Assembly: GCA_964016885.1 (NCBI GenBank)
Contig: OZ024743.1
Location: 107,508,001 to 107,572,000 of the forward strand
Direction of reading: 5' to 3'
DNA: 64,000 bases
From: Eledone cirrhosa
Lineage: Eukaryota
Position 1 is the first letter of the stretch, and every line of letters begins with the position of its first letter. A model generated the notes under the pieces. The model was given only the letters and a program-made list of their open reading frames with translations. It was not told where the DNA came from and did not search any database. Of the stretch, positions 1 through 15,356 are shown piece by piece. The position numbers and the translations under genes are program-made.

Positions 1-290
1 ATCATCTTGGTTAAGAGAGTGGGACTGGCTTTGTGGAGTGCCTTTGCTCACTATAAAAGCTTCACAGCACAGGCATTGCTTTATATCTGGAGATCTCTCT
101 GCACTTGTCCTCATATGGTACCATGGGCCCTGCACTATGTGTCAATAATGGTCACAAGTGTAGTCTTTTTACCAGAGTTTTCAAGTTGCTGGCTGGACTA
201 AAAAGTCACATTCGTTCAGCACATCGGTAGGGGTTCTCCTACATGGATATAAAGTAGTGGCCGTACTCGAAAACGAGTTGGCAGCCACCA
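1..290. repeat. Dispersed repeat, copy 1 (copy 2 at 1858-2147)
   Basis: 1-290 aligns colinearly with 1858-2147 (offset 1857) with scattered substitutions; both end in the hairpin gtggc-cgt-actcg-aaaa-c(g/a)agt-tggca-gccac just before a (TA)n tract. Confidence 0.9.
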
Positions 291-2279
<1,989 letters not shown>

Positions 2280-2415
2280 TATATATATATATGTATATAT
2301 GTATGTATATGTGTGTGTATGTGTGTGTATGTGAATGTATGTATATCTATGTATATAAATGTATGTATATGTGTATGTATGTATATGTATATATGTATGT
2401 ATATATATATATTTG

Positions 2416-2467
<52 letters not shown>

Positions 2468-2470
<3 letters not shown>

Positions 2471-3749
2471 GGTGGGGCATAATTCCTGTTACAAAGTTTT
2501 AAATCAACTTAAAAATACATTATGTTACTAATACAACTAATATATTTTTATCAAACCCATGCACTATAACCATATTAACTATTTTTCAGAACATTACCGT
2601 ATTAACAATTTTCAATGCCCATAGAATTGAAAAGAAAGTTCATATTAGAGAAGCATGAAAAAGGCCTGACTCCACCCAAGATACTTAAACTAGGGGAAAT
2701 TCTTAAGATCAATAGAATGTTGATCAAAGGGACAATCGATCGATTTAAGGAAACTTCCCCGATCAAAGACAGACCTCGATCCAGAAGCCCTCGCACCTCA
2801 AGAACACCAAAACTCGTTAAAAGTGTGAGGGAAAAAATAAGGCGTAATCCAAGAAGGTCCATGAGAAAAATGGCAGAAGAAGTAGAAACATCGCCGAGAA
2901 CTATGCGGAGGATATGTCGAGATGATCTTGGGAGGTCACCCTATAAGTTCCAAAAGAGGGAGCTTCTTTCTGCAGCCACAATTGAAAAGAGGCTCTCCAG
3001 AAGTAAACTGTTATTGAACTGTATCAAGGATGGCACGCTGCAAAACATCATCTTTGCAGATGAGAAGTTGTTATTCACTGTGCAGCAGTCTCACAATCAT
3101 CAAAGTGATCGAGTACTTGCAAAAAGTCTCAAATCAATTCCTTCAAATGTAGGAAAAGTGTTCAGAACACAGAAACCAGCATCAGTGATGATTTGGGCAG
3201 CCATTTCTGAAAGAGGTAAGTCTCCTCTGATTTTTTGTGCCTCAAGGCATAAAGGATATTTTTAAAGGACCACTGATGCCATGGTGCATATCTGTTTATG
3301 GCGATGACATTTGGACTCTCCAACAAGATGGAGAGACGAGCCACACTGCTTGCATAACACAACAGTGGTGTAGCGACCATTGTTCTGCATGGATCAGTAA
3401 AAGAGTGGCCTCCCACATCACCAGATCTCAACCCTCTCGATTTTTCTTTATGGCCAATTCTTGAGAGTGAAACCTGCTCTACTCCTAGCCAAAATATTGA
3501 AGCTCTAAAATCAAAACTGAATAAAGTATGGGAGAAAATAACCATGGAAACTGTTCGTGCAGTCATCGAAGACTTTCCTAGAAGACTTCCAGCGGTGGTG
3601 AGAGTTAGAGGAAAGCATTTCGAATACATTTTTGTGCAGTTGTTTAATAGTCTATTACTTACTATTTGTTGCAGTCAGATCTTGAAATAAATGTTTTTTT
3701 CAAGAACTATTTGCATTTTACTTTGTAACGGTTTTTATGCCCCAACCTG
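2468..3749 (+). mobile_element. Tc1/mariner DNA transposon, DD37D (maT-like), full length with TIRs and TA target site
   Basis: TIR cagggtggggcataattcctgttacaaagt at 2468 matches the reverse complement of actttgtaacggtttttatgccccaacctg ending at 3749; TA on both sides. Confidence 0.93.
2615..3650 (+). pseudogene. Frameshifted DD37D transposase
   Basis: HTH region (RSRSPRTSRTPKLVKSVREKIRRNPRRSMRKMA), first D in IIFADEK, VMIWAAIS, second D in QQDG, third D in WPPTSPDLNPLDF in another frame. Repairing a 2-nt deletion gives 37 residues between the second and third D. At least two frameshifts. Confidence 0.9.
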
Positions 3750-3751
3750 TA

Positions 3752-4000
<249 letters not shown>

Positions 4001-4009
4001 GTGTCTGTT

Positions 4010-4360
4010 GACACCTGGAATATAACTTAAGAGAAATATGACAATAATGATAGACACCCAATATTTGAACATGTTTATAGAATTCTCTTGGCCTTTGTCC
4101 CTCTAAGTAGAGCTTTAAAGAATGAGCTTTTAAAGAATTTCCCTTATCTTTAAATCCATCAACCATGACCGACCCACAACCACCTTATAGACACCTGAAA
4201 TATAGGCATTTTTAGCTTAAGAGAAACTTAAAAATAAGGAGTGGCACCCCATTCTGAACCTGTTTATAGAATCCTTTCTGCCCTTGTCACTCTAAATATA
4301 AACTAAAAACTTAAAGAATTAGCTTTTAATGAATTCCCTTTTCTTTCAAGCAATGACCTC
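4010..4360. repeat. Diverged tandem duplication, ~180-bp unit
   Basis: gacacctg(g/a)aatata...cttaagagaaa...tgtttatagaat...ttaaagaat(g/t)agcttttaa(a/t)gaatt occurs twice, starting at about 4010 and 4190. Confidence 0.75.
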
Positions 4361-4435
4361 CACCCATCCCACTCCCCCACCCTCTCCTACCACCTGAAAA
4401 TATATAAATACCGCTACATTTATTTTTGGAAAGCC

Positions 4436-4486
4436 AGATTCTTGATGATTTCTAAAGGCTGAAACAGTTCTAGTCCTGTAGAATCT
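4436..4486 (+). ncRNA. Decayed type I hammerhead ribozyme
   Basis: agattc-TTGATGA-tttctaaaggct-GAAA-cag(ttctagtc)ctg-TA-gaatct: 6-bp stem I, paired stem III, GUA triplet; core C3 changed to T. Confidence 0.6.
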
Positions 4487-4571
4487 CATGTATATTAAAA
4501 CTGTTATACTCTGCTAGGTATTGAGTACCGTACTTACGATTCAACCCAGAATAACTTACATATATATATAT

Positions 4572-4970
4572 AAAGTAGAAATTAAAAAATGGTTAAAAAA
4601 AGTTCCATATATTTTATTATGCGCATTTCGAAAACAATATCATCCTGGGACAAATATTGTGTTCTTATCAGATAAAATAAGGTAACCTCATATGAGGCCT
4701 AAAAACACTTGTGAACAAGAAAGTGACCAGACTACAAATGACAAAAATATAAGAGAAAAGAAAATATAAGAGAAGAAAACAACTCTTCCCTTATATTTTT
4801 GTCATATGTTGACTGAACACTTTCTTGTTCACAAGTGTTTTTAGGCTTCATATCATGTTACCTTATTTTATCTGATGAGAACACACTTTTTGTCCCAGGA
4901 TGATATTAATTTCGAAATGCGCATATTAAAATATATGGAACTTTTTTATCCATCTTTTAATTTCTTCTTT
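4572..4970. mobile_element. Fold-back (palindromic) element in a TA tract, carrying an HHR in each arm
   Basis: Left arm ~4572-4755 is the imperfect reverse complement of right arm ~4788-4970 (e.g. cctaaaaacacttgtgaacaagaaagtg / cactttcttgttcacaagtgtttttagg). Confidence 0.85.
4864..4933 (+). ncRNA. Minimal type I hammerhead ribozyme
   Basis: tattttat-CTGATGA-gaa...ttc-GAAA-tgcgca-TA-ttaaaata; palindromic stem III, AUA triplet. The mirror copy on the minus strand of the left arm has CTGATAA but a perfect stem I. Confidence 0.65.
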
Positions 4971-5108
4971 ATATATACTCCAGTTCTACCAAATGTTGAG
5001 TGCTATTTATCTGATATATGCATAATTTTATTGTTTTATAATATTACTCACCTCCTACATATATATATATATATATATATATACGTGTCTGTGTGTGTGA
5101 GTGCGTGC

Positions 5109-5147
<39 letters not shown>

Positions 5148-5154
5148 CGCGCGA

Positions 5155-5185
<31 letters not shown>

Positions 5186-5365
5186 TGTGTGTGTGTGTGT
5201 GAATGTGTGTATACATTTATGTATGTATATATATACATTTGAATATTTAACGTTCGTTTTACCTGCTAGCTACCATTGGAAAGGTCACCATTCAGCAGTG
5301 GGCCAAACTGTTGAGAAGTTGTCATGTATTTCATAAGACTGAAGAGCCCACAGCTAGACAGAGAT

Positions 5366-5402
<37 letters not shown>

Positions 5403-5417
5403 AATATATTTATTTAT

Positions 5418-5583
5418 ATAACGAAGGAGTTTTGGTAAGGAACCAGATGGACCATACCGCACCAGAGTACTCAATACTTAGGGTAGTAGAGTGGGTAATA
5501 GGAAAATGTTTAACCCCGACAGCAGAGCTCAAGCCGTTTCGACGGCTATTTCTGAACTCATACCTTTTCCTTCCAGAAGTAGC

Positions 5584-5587
<4 letters not shown>
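5418..5587 (-). mobile_element. Short repeat family carrying the 3' half of an HHR (related copies at 6017-6168 and 43771-43970)
   Basis: Shared ataacgaag...ggtaaggaaccag(a/g)tggaccata...ccagagtactca...ccccgac; minus strand reads GAAA-cggc-ttgagctct-gctg-TC-ggggtt (stem III plus GUC). Confidence 0.7.
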
Positions 5588-5618
<31 letters not shown>

Positions 5619-5621
<3 letters not shown>

Positions 5622-5690
5622 GATAAATCTACCAAGAGTTTACGGTAGTGTCCAATCCGTATGAAGAACTCAATGTATTCCGGATATCAT
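5619..5690. repeat. Dispersed ~70-bp repeat following TA tracts (second copy ~32958-33029)
   Basis: gtagataaatctaccaagagtttacggtagtgtccaatccgtatgaagaactcaatgta(t/a)tccggatatcat at both sites. Confidence 0.9.
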
Positions 5691-5831
5691 GGAAAGAAGA
5701 GATGTAATGAAAATCCACTTTCGGTGAAAGATAAACGGTATACAGAGTCAAGATAAAATATTAAACAAATAATGAATAAACAATTCCTTATATTAAACAA
5801 AAAAATTCCTTATATTAAACAAAAAAATTCA

Positions 5832-5978
5832 TTATTTAACGATCGTTTCTAGGGTATATATGTGTTATAATTGGTATGCATATTCAACAGATCTATGTAC
5901 AAAATTATACAAAATTATACAAATTATCAAGATTAAATATACATACCTAACACATATATACGCCGTCTTCAGAAATAA
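5832..5978 (-). ncRNA. Type I hammerhead ribozyme with a long stem II
   Basis: Minus strand: ttattt-CTGAAGA-[cggc gtatatatgtgtta ggtatgtatattt...aatatgcatacc...taacacatatatac ccta]-GAAA-cgatcg-TT-aaataa. Perfect 6-bp stem I, extensively paired stem II, palindromic stem III, GUU triplet. Confidence 0.7.
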
Positions 5979-5981
5979 ATA

Positions 5982-6015
<34 letters not shown>

Positions 6016-6016
6016 G

Positions 6017-6273
<257 letters not shown>

Positions 6274-6903
6274 GTGTGTGTATGTTTTAAGAGTAAAAAT
6301 ACTATATTTATCAATGTCTAATTTTATCTACATTTTTCTATCAAGTATTATAGATAGTTTAAAAAAGCCAGTACCAAAAGTTTCCTTCGTGTATGATTTT
6401 TGTTTTCGTATTTATATGAATAGAATAACATCTCCCCGAAAACAAACTCATAGAAGTAAATATATAGAAAAATATAAAAATTTCCCCATTTTGAAAAAAA
6501 ACATCAAAATTGTTTGGGTGGGAAGCTATCGTTAAATACTCGTCTTCGTTTCATTTTTTTTTTATTATTTTCCCATCTTGCTTCCTTACAATAGGCCAAT
6601 CCTTATTGACCGTTTGACCTCATTTTCTAGAAAATAAACAAAGGAGCCACATTATACCGGTAATTCCTGTTATTAACAGATGACCTCATCTGAAAGAACG
6701 TTTGATCGTCAAGCTACATAAAAGAGAAGAAAAAGAAAAATAAGTGTTTATACTATGTTCAATTGAATTAATTGAAAGACTTGAGTCCGCCTAACCACAC
6801 GTATTTTATTCTTTCATGGATGAATAACGCGCCTTTCTTTAAATCCAGGTATACAGAGCGATATGAGATCCCAGGATTAAGCGCGCCAGTTAATGTATTC
6901 TTA

Positions 6904-7181
<278 letters not shown>

Positions 7182-7434
7182 AAATAAGGTGGGTCCGTCA
7201 ACCCTTATTATATATATATATATATATCTGTGTGTGTGTGCTTGTGTGTGTGTATGCATACATATATATATTTTCTCTTGTTTAATCAAATGTTGAACTA
7301 ATAAGAATCAGAGATGATATGGATAGTTTTGACGAACACGTGATCTTCTTCCTGTCTATTTTTCTCTGAACCCTCATATATGTATGCACACATATATATA
7401 TATTTACATTTACATGAATACACTCCCATCTATT

Positions 7435-7501
<67 letters not shown>

Positions 7502-7504
7502 GTG

Positions 7505-7535
<31 letters not shown>

Positions 7536-8376
7536 ATGTGTGTGTATTACCATTTTATGAGTTAATTAATTTTCCCATTTCTCCTGTTTCCTATTTCCCT
7601 CGTTGTCAACCGCAATTGAATATTAACTAAAAGACAAGAGGTAATATTTAACAATTAATCCTCCATCATTTTCGACGATGATAATCAGGGTCGGTTTATT
7701 AATTGAACGTCCGACTCGAGATTAAGGTGTATGTGTTTTACAAATGTACAGTCAGGTGCGCTCTTAAATTAAATCATAGGTAGGGTCAGCCATCAAAGCA
7801 AACGGTTGAATTAAATAAATAATATAGCTTAAAGGCTTCCTCGGTTCTTTCATCTTTCAAATTTCTCTCACGAGTCATGGCTCCATCAAACACATAGACA
7901 TCCTACAACAGTGGTATCTTGCCTGAGATTTCTGAGAACGTCTTAGCCCTACATCAACGCTTGCCTTCATACTATATTCAATACAGATGTTTCGTGTAGC
8001 CTAGATGAAAACTGAACTTTTATTCAATCATTTCACATAACAAATATATCTTAATGTCTTGACCCTTATACTATGGTAGGGTTGAATATGTACTATTTTA
8101 CCTATGGATCAGTTGGACTTACTGCAGCTTTAATTACATTGCATTTGATTCATTGTAGCTACAGATGGAATACCTTAAATAATACATAGGTCTGCTCTAA
8201 GTAGGGTTGATCTGAGGCTACACACATCTAAGAACAACAGAGGTTATACTTCAGTAGATTAATAGAAAATGAATATCCGATCTCAGAAGTTTTATTTCCA
8301 CTTTAGAGGCAGTTCTAATATCATATTCTCTTGATAACATTTATTTCTCATTAACTCTCTATACATAAGATTATAA

Positions 8377-8535
8377 GTGGCCAATTGACAAAGCCGTTAG
8401 AATGTAAGGTAGAAAGATTTGCATGATTGATTTCGTCCTTCTGGACTCTGAGTTCAAATACTGCCCAGGTCAACTTTGCCATTCAACATTTTGGAGTCGA
8501 TTAAAAGAGTACAAGTCCAGTAGTGGGGTCGGTTC
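8377..8535 (+). mobile_element. tRNA-derived SINE, decayed
   Basis: B-box-like ctgagttcaaatac followed by ggtcaactttgcc...gtcgat-aaaa-agtac, as in the other SINE copies in this window. Confidence 0.7.
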
Positions 8536-8784
8536 TTCCTATAAATATCTTTCTCGCTCTCTCTCAATCACGCTCTCTTGCCTTCTCTTGATGTTCAGAA
8601 AGATTGTGATGTGACCTGAAGAATGATGGTGTCAGAGAGATAAGAGTGCCCAAGAAACGTTGTAGAACACTATAGCACACTTACGATTCCACCATGAATT
8701 ACACTCCTATACATACATACATACATACATACATACATACATACATACATACATACATACATACATACATACATACATACATGC

Positions 8785-11080
8785 TTACTTACAAGGATCA
8801 TTTTCAGGAGAACTAGGCAATTCTTTCTAGGCACTAAATCCATGGATATGTTCAATATTCTTAATTTCTGGAAATTCATTCTTCCAACCTCTCCTTTGAA
8901 ACATTTTTAACTGGCATTATTGTGCCGAACGTAGAAACAATTATGTAGCCACAAGGAATAGTAGTAACCTCTTTAAATTCGAATGTCTTACAAACGTGGA
9001 TTAAATTATGACAATTGCTGTAACTGTTTGGTGTTCAGCGACTACATGACTTTTGCTAATTTTCTTTGGAACACTTGTAGTACAAATGCTAACTAAATAT
9101 TAAAATTGCTTCCTTCGGACTGTACAACACTGGATATTTTATCAACATGATAATTCTTCTTCGTTGCTATCAGTAGCTCACGGATAAGATAGCATTATGT
9201 AACTAACAATAAAAGGACACCAAAATATGTTATATTTAAGTCTATGCTAGGTAGTTTACAAAGAGTTGTAGACGCAATGTCGGATCCAAATGTTGATATT
9301 TTGCATGACATCAGATTGATCATTACTCTACCTATGTTTTGTCTAGGGAGATCGATGTGATACACATCTACTTTTGAGGGTTCCCTGATTTTGGTGTCCA
9401 TTTTCTTTATTTCATTAACGTTCCAATTTATGATATTGAAACTATAGGTGACAACTGGGATTGCAAGCGCATTTATAGCAGATATCTTATTCTTTGTTGA
9501 GCTCAGTTTTCATGACAGCACGTACACTCCGGTGGCATTCCTTCCTGTTAATCCCTTTCATGCTGGATTGGTGAATATCTTGGCCCTCATTGACCCCTAG
9601 AAATCAGCAGTTAGAACATTAATGCCATGAGACGTCCATTTGTTTGCTTTCTTTAGTGCTAACTTCAGTTCTTCCATAGTTATATCTTGCATAGCTAGCC
9701 TTTATGAATTATTGTATGATTTGTTATGTTCTGCATTCGCATTATGAGATGCTTCTGTACTCCATACTGTTTTCCGGAATCTTCAATTTGTCTTTTTCTT
9801 TGTCCTAATTGTCCTGTAAAACCTTCTTCTATCTCTAATAAACAGTTTATTTTTCCTGCAAAACCCGTTTTGCTTTTCAGCGTTTCTTTGTTTGATGGAA
9901 AATCAAGTTTTGAAGTTACCTTATAGTTTTTGATCCTTTTCTTTACCTTTTTAGAATTGAGAGATTTCCCGGCATATATCTTATCCAAGATTGATATTTC
10001 TCCCCTCATCATCTCAATTTCATTTTTTATTTTTATCCTCCAGGACGGATTTATATGAGTTGTGTAATTTTTTTCTTTTCCTTAACACAAATTCCCTTTC
10101 TATTACCGGTTCTGCTGCATAAACAACTTCATTCAATGCTGATACATCAGGTGCCATCTATTCAATATTTGCTTTAACAGCCAGATTCTCAGTTATTTTG
10201 TGCTTATTGTTCGGGTTGCTGCTTGTCAATTTTTGCAAAGACTCTCATTTTACCACACTAATATATTATCAAGTTCATTGAGAATTTCTTAATTTGGTTC
10301 TTTTATCAAATCTTTATGCTCACGAGTAAAAATATCTTCATCCATATTGTCAATCTGTTTTTTTTTTTTTTCAGATTGACCCTGACCTGTTGTGTTTCTG
10401 ATACTTTCAAATGTTTGCGAAACTTTTCAATACGTTTTGTGGTTTCTCGTCTTTCACATATTCATTTCCATCCTTTTCTGATATTGATATTCTGAAATCT
10501 TTTTCAACATTCTTCTTAATTTCATTTAACTCTGCATCTGTTAGTCTCTTCTTTCTAAGATTATCTCTTCTTACACTTGCAAGATTGTCTTCATCCAAGG
10601 TTGGTCTTATTTCCGAATTTCTTTCCCTCCATACCCCATAATAATTTACTGTGATTTGATTGTGATGGCTGACCCCTTGTGTGATAGAATATGTATATCA
10701 TTTCATTATATTCTTCTCGAGTCCATTTGATACGTTGAGCTTTTTTCACTTTCTAGTCATCGTAAAACGTGGATGGCTTGAATTGAAATTATTCTCGTTC
10801 AAAGTGACAATTCGAGTCAGTATTTGGAAAAGAGCTCTTTCAGCTGCATACTTTTCGACCCTAAGCTGATTCTTCTCTGAGGAATCAGCTTAGTTGAGAT
10901 GGGTGACAACCGATCCGGTGTGTATTTTTGTCTGAAGACATTGTGGACCATTTGTATTATTTCTGTGCGTTTTATCAACAAGGAGTAATTTTGTTCAACA
11001 TGCCAACTCTAGGACGATTATCAACCATTCAATCATAGTCCTGCAATGAATCCCAACTTATTTGCTACTGTGTCCCATCG
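8785..11080 (-). mobile_element. Decayed R4/Dong-like non-LTR retrotransposon with internal deletion
   Basis: Minus-strand fragments KNKISAINALAIPVVTYSFNIINW...MDTKIR...SKVDVYHIDLPRQNIGRVMINL (cf. KADVDRLYLPRKEGGRGLINL), YVRHNNA, KKANKWTSHG and N-terminal KKRLTDAELNEIK; many stops. Confidence 0.75.
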
Positions 11081-11261
11081 AGTTATTTCTTTACCACGGG
11101 TTTTATTATTATTAGAGCTGTCCTTAATATTTTCTTCATATAAACCGCTCGTGTTTCATAAAGAAATAATTATGATGGCGACCACCACAACCACCACAAC
11201 CACCACCACATTCATTGGTTTCATTCATATTATTATTAAATTTATTATCACCATTATTATT

Positions 11262-11680
11262 ACTAATTGGCAGCATCGGTAGAGGGTTGGACGCCATGCT
11301 TTCCAGCACAGTTACGTCCCTTTACGGTCTGAGTTCAAAACCGGCGAGGGTAACTTTGCCTTTCATCCTTACGGGCTCGATAAAATAAAGTACCAGTAAT
11401 GTACTGGGTAATTGCTAGCCTTGTGCCAAAAGTAGAAACAATTATTATTACTGTTTTGTTCTTGTGGCTACGCACTGCAGTTTTGTTGTTATCATTGTTA
11501 TTAATTTTTGATGATGTTAATAGACGCCTTGCTTTGCAGCACAGAGTTATGTCCCTTTATGGTCTGAGTTCAACTCCTGCTAAGGTTAACTTTGCCTTTC
11601 ATGCTTAGGGGCCGATAAAATAAAGTACCAGTAATGCACTGTGATAATTGTTGGCCTTGTGCCAAAAATAGTAACAGTTA
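11262..11680 (+). mobile_element. Two tandem tRNA-derived SINE copies
   Basis: ctgagttcaa..c..c.aggttaactttgcctttcat..ttacggg..cgataaaataaagtaccagtaat at about 11328 and 11563. Confidence 0.85.
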
Positions 11681-12254
11681 GTATTTTCGGTATTGTTTTT
11701 GTCTTTGCTTATTTTCGTTATTGTTTTTGTCTACGTTTTGTAGTGATAGAATATGGATTGACTGATTGTAGTTATCGTTGTCAAATTTCTTCGTTGCTGC
11801 TGATTTTGTCGTTATAGTCTGTCTTTGTGTGAGCTAGGTTGGCAGTCCAAGTAACTATTCATGACCAGTCGTTGTTGATATATATGGGTTTTGTCGAAAC
11901 CTGCTACTTGTTATGACCTATTTAAGGTCAACAATATCAGACTATAAATAAATTGATGTCTTTTCTTTGAAGTCACTGGGCTGCTATAAAATCTTGTGTA
12001 GCTATTTTAACTGAAACTTCGGAGTGATACTATTTATAGTGTAGTTAATTTGTTCTTTCTCTTCACCATTTTCAGAAATCTAACTTATGAGAAATTATTA
12101 CTTTGAAAATTCGAAAAAGTTATTTGGCCGATCCATCTCTGAAAGAAATTCTTCCCGATCGTCTAGGTAATTAACTTACCCAAACGATGGAAGAAAATGT
12201 GTCAAGGAAATCGTCAAAATAATAACAAAATTTGAACATAAACTGTCCACCGAC

Positions 12255-12256
<2 letters not shown>

Positions 12257-12285
<29 letters not shown>

Positions 12286-12369
12286 CTTCTTCTTCTTCTT
12301 CTTCTTCTTCTTCTTCTTCTTCATTATTATCATCATCATCCTTATTTTTTTAATCATTATTATCATTAA

Positions 12370-12429
<60 letters not shown>

Positions 12430-12468
12430 GGGTGGTGGTGGTGGTGATAGTGGTAGTAGTAGCAGTAA

Positions 12469-12536
<68 letters not shown>

Positions 12537-12600
12537 ATAGTAGTAGTAGCCATTATGGTGACCTTATTGATTATGACGGTAATGATGATGATCACGATTA
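12257..12600. repeat. (TTC)n and (TAG)n trinucleotide microsatellites
   Basis: Direct inspection. Confidence 0.95.
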
Positions 12601-13985
12601 TTATAATGAAACATTTTGCTTGGAGTTTACATTGAAATCAAGAGCGTCAAAAGGAACGTTTTATCTATTCATATGCTTTTGCAAACTCTATATGTCTTAA
12701 ACTGATTGTCAAAATACTATTCTCCCCCTTTCAAAGGAAGTGAATACAGAAATCTAACCAATATCAATCTATCATTGATCCTTTTCCTAGTTCTTTGTTC
12801 AACTAACAAATATCCTAACAGCTAAGAAGATCCTATTAGATCACTGGAGGTCTTATCGATTTACATATCTTTACTTTCATTTATCAGGTAATATCTTCAT
12901 GACAAAAACTATTGAAAGATTCTATTCCCTTCTCTACCCCAAGCACTACCGTCGTACACCATACTAATTTATTTCTTAAAATATATAGAGTAAACATACT
13001 CTAGTTAAGACGGAAGCAATTTTGGCACGCTTCCAGAATATCCTTTGTATTCTGAAGACTTTAGGCGCAAATCTCTTGATTCCATTGATTTGCTTAACAA
13101 TTAATTCGCTAGGAATTATGTACTGATCTTAGAATGAGAAAATATCTCGGATTTCCGCCGTATGTTATTGCTGATGATGTTGCTTATGCTACTATAAAAG
13201 TTGTTGTAGCTCTTGATAACCATTATTATTATTGTTGTTGTTGCTGTTGTTGTTGTTATGGTTGTTGTTGTTGTTATTATTTTTAATATTATTATTATTA
13301 TTATTATTATTATTGGCGACCTACGTAGGAAATCGTATTATCGTGAGCTCCGCAAAGGTTTGTTGTTTTCAGTTGTTTCAAATTGCCATTTATGGAAAGT
13401 TTTTGTTGTTAAGTGTTTATAAGTTCACATATATTGCTTTCTGAAAAGGACACTCAAAAAGGTTGGGGCCTTGAGCCCAAAATTTAAACTTTTATAATTA
13501 TCAAACAAAAAACATTTCTTTGAAAAAATCATGGACGACTCACAGCCACACCAAGCTGACAGCCTTCCTCACAAACTAACACTCACACTAACACCACCAT
13601 TGTAAATATTACTACGTTTGCCAACACTAAGAATATAAGCAGTAGCAATAATTTAATTTAAATTTCTCTCATGCAGACATTCATTTCCCGCCATTACCAA
13701 TAACTGCAGGTGTTAAAGCCGCCCCCACCACCACCACAGCGACAACAGAAACAAAAGAAAAAAAAATTATTATCTCGGGACATCGAAATGGATTCACCCA
13801 GTATCGACTCTTCCGCACCGAACACCACTGACGCCACCACCACCACAACTGAAACTAAAAATATCAATAACAAAAATAACAAAACAAACAAACAAATAAA
13901 CAAAAAAGATAAAGAACACAACAAAGAAGAACAACAGCAACAACAACAATGAGAATAACAACAAAACATCAACACCACCGCAAAT

Positions 13986-15152
13986 GTGACGTTTGCCAAA
14001 GCAGCCAAGAAATGCGAAAGAATCGAGGTAACTAAGGAGGAATTAAATGAAGCCAAGAGAATGGAACAGAAAGAGGCGGCCAGAGAGCACTCCACGGCCT
14101 CATTAAGAAGCGACGACTTCACACTCGTACCGAGCTATTGTGGCCAGAGACTCGTGAAGATCAGGGTGACCCACGTTCCACCGGCCATCGAAATTCCCTG
14201 GCTAATGGCTGCCGTCCTCGTCGGCATCGAGACCAACACCAAAATAATTGAAATATAAAAAGAAAAGCAGGAAAACTGGTCCGGATCTGGGATGGAGCTC
14301 CTGTTCGAAGCGGACCAAAAAACCATTGAGGAAATCCCAGAGGTAATAGACCTCACTGACGGCAGTCACCTCACCGTAATGGTCGAGGGTAGAAGACCTA
14401 GGTGTGTCGTTTGTGGTGAAGGAACCCACCTAAAGGCTTTCTGCCCTCAGGCTAAAAAGTTGAGGCCACCTCTCTTAATAACCCCAGTGTCTCAACCATC
14501 AACACCACCAGCAGCAGAAATGGCAGCAACAACTGTAGCAGCAACAACAGAATCAACTGTAGCAGTAACAACCGCAGCAACAGTAGCAAAACCAACCCCA
14601 CCACCACCCACCGCACCAGAACTAGCACCAGTGCCTCCACCATCCACCACGCCACAACCAAAACCAACGCCTGTGGAAGATTTTCCACTCCCCGACCTAT
14701 CGCAACTGGAGACAGATTGTGACGACGAGGAGTGGGAAACTGTATCAGGAAAAAAAAAAAAAAGAAGCCAAAAAAAGAAAGAATTCTCTTCCCTCCCCCC
14801 AACAAACAAAATACAGAGGGAAACAAATAAACTATCAAACAAACAATTTAGGACAGCTATGCCACCATCCACACCAGCATCACCAACCCCATCACCACAA
14901 ACATCAACACCATCACCATCATTAACCCCAACACCACCATCACCAACACCACAAAAGTCACCAAAAAGCGAAACAGAAACAAACCCACAACAAACGCATA
15001 CAAAACAAAACAATCAAACCGATACACACTACACAGCATTAAATTATTACACTACAACCAATTATTACACTACATCCAACACAACACCAGCATCACATAA
15101 AAAGACTACACAAAACCCCAAAAGTTCACACCACCTCCACACATACAAATAA
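13986..15152 (+). pseudogene. LINE ORF1 (zinc knuckle, Pro/Thr-rich), interrupted
   Basis: VKIRVTHVPPAIEIPWL, then GRRPRCVVCGEGTHLKAFCP (CX2CX4HX4C); an in-frame stop at 14256-14258 splits it. Confidence 0.8.
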
Positions 15153-15356
15153 CTCGAATCACACAGAAAACGTACACGACACTAAAACAAAAATTCCACA
15201 AAGATATCGGAGACTTTCGACAAGCACTCTCCAGCAGGACTTATAAGGACATCCTTCCGGAGGAGGCCACAAGCAGTGAAAACGATGGAGAAACCATCCT
15301 TCCTCTACGAGAAGTAAGGTAAGTGGTCTTTCCCATCTTTTCCACTCCTTTTCAAC

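Noticed and set aside
12076-12166. Exon-like segment (polypyrimidine tract + cag ... AG/gtaatt)
   Set aside because: All three frames have early stops, there is no recognisable homology, and no partner exons were identified; it cannot be supported without RNA-seq.
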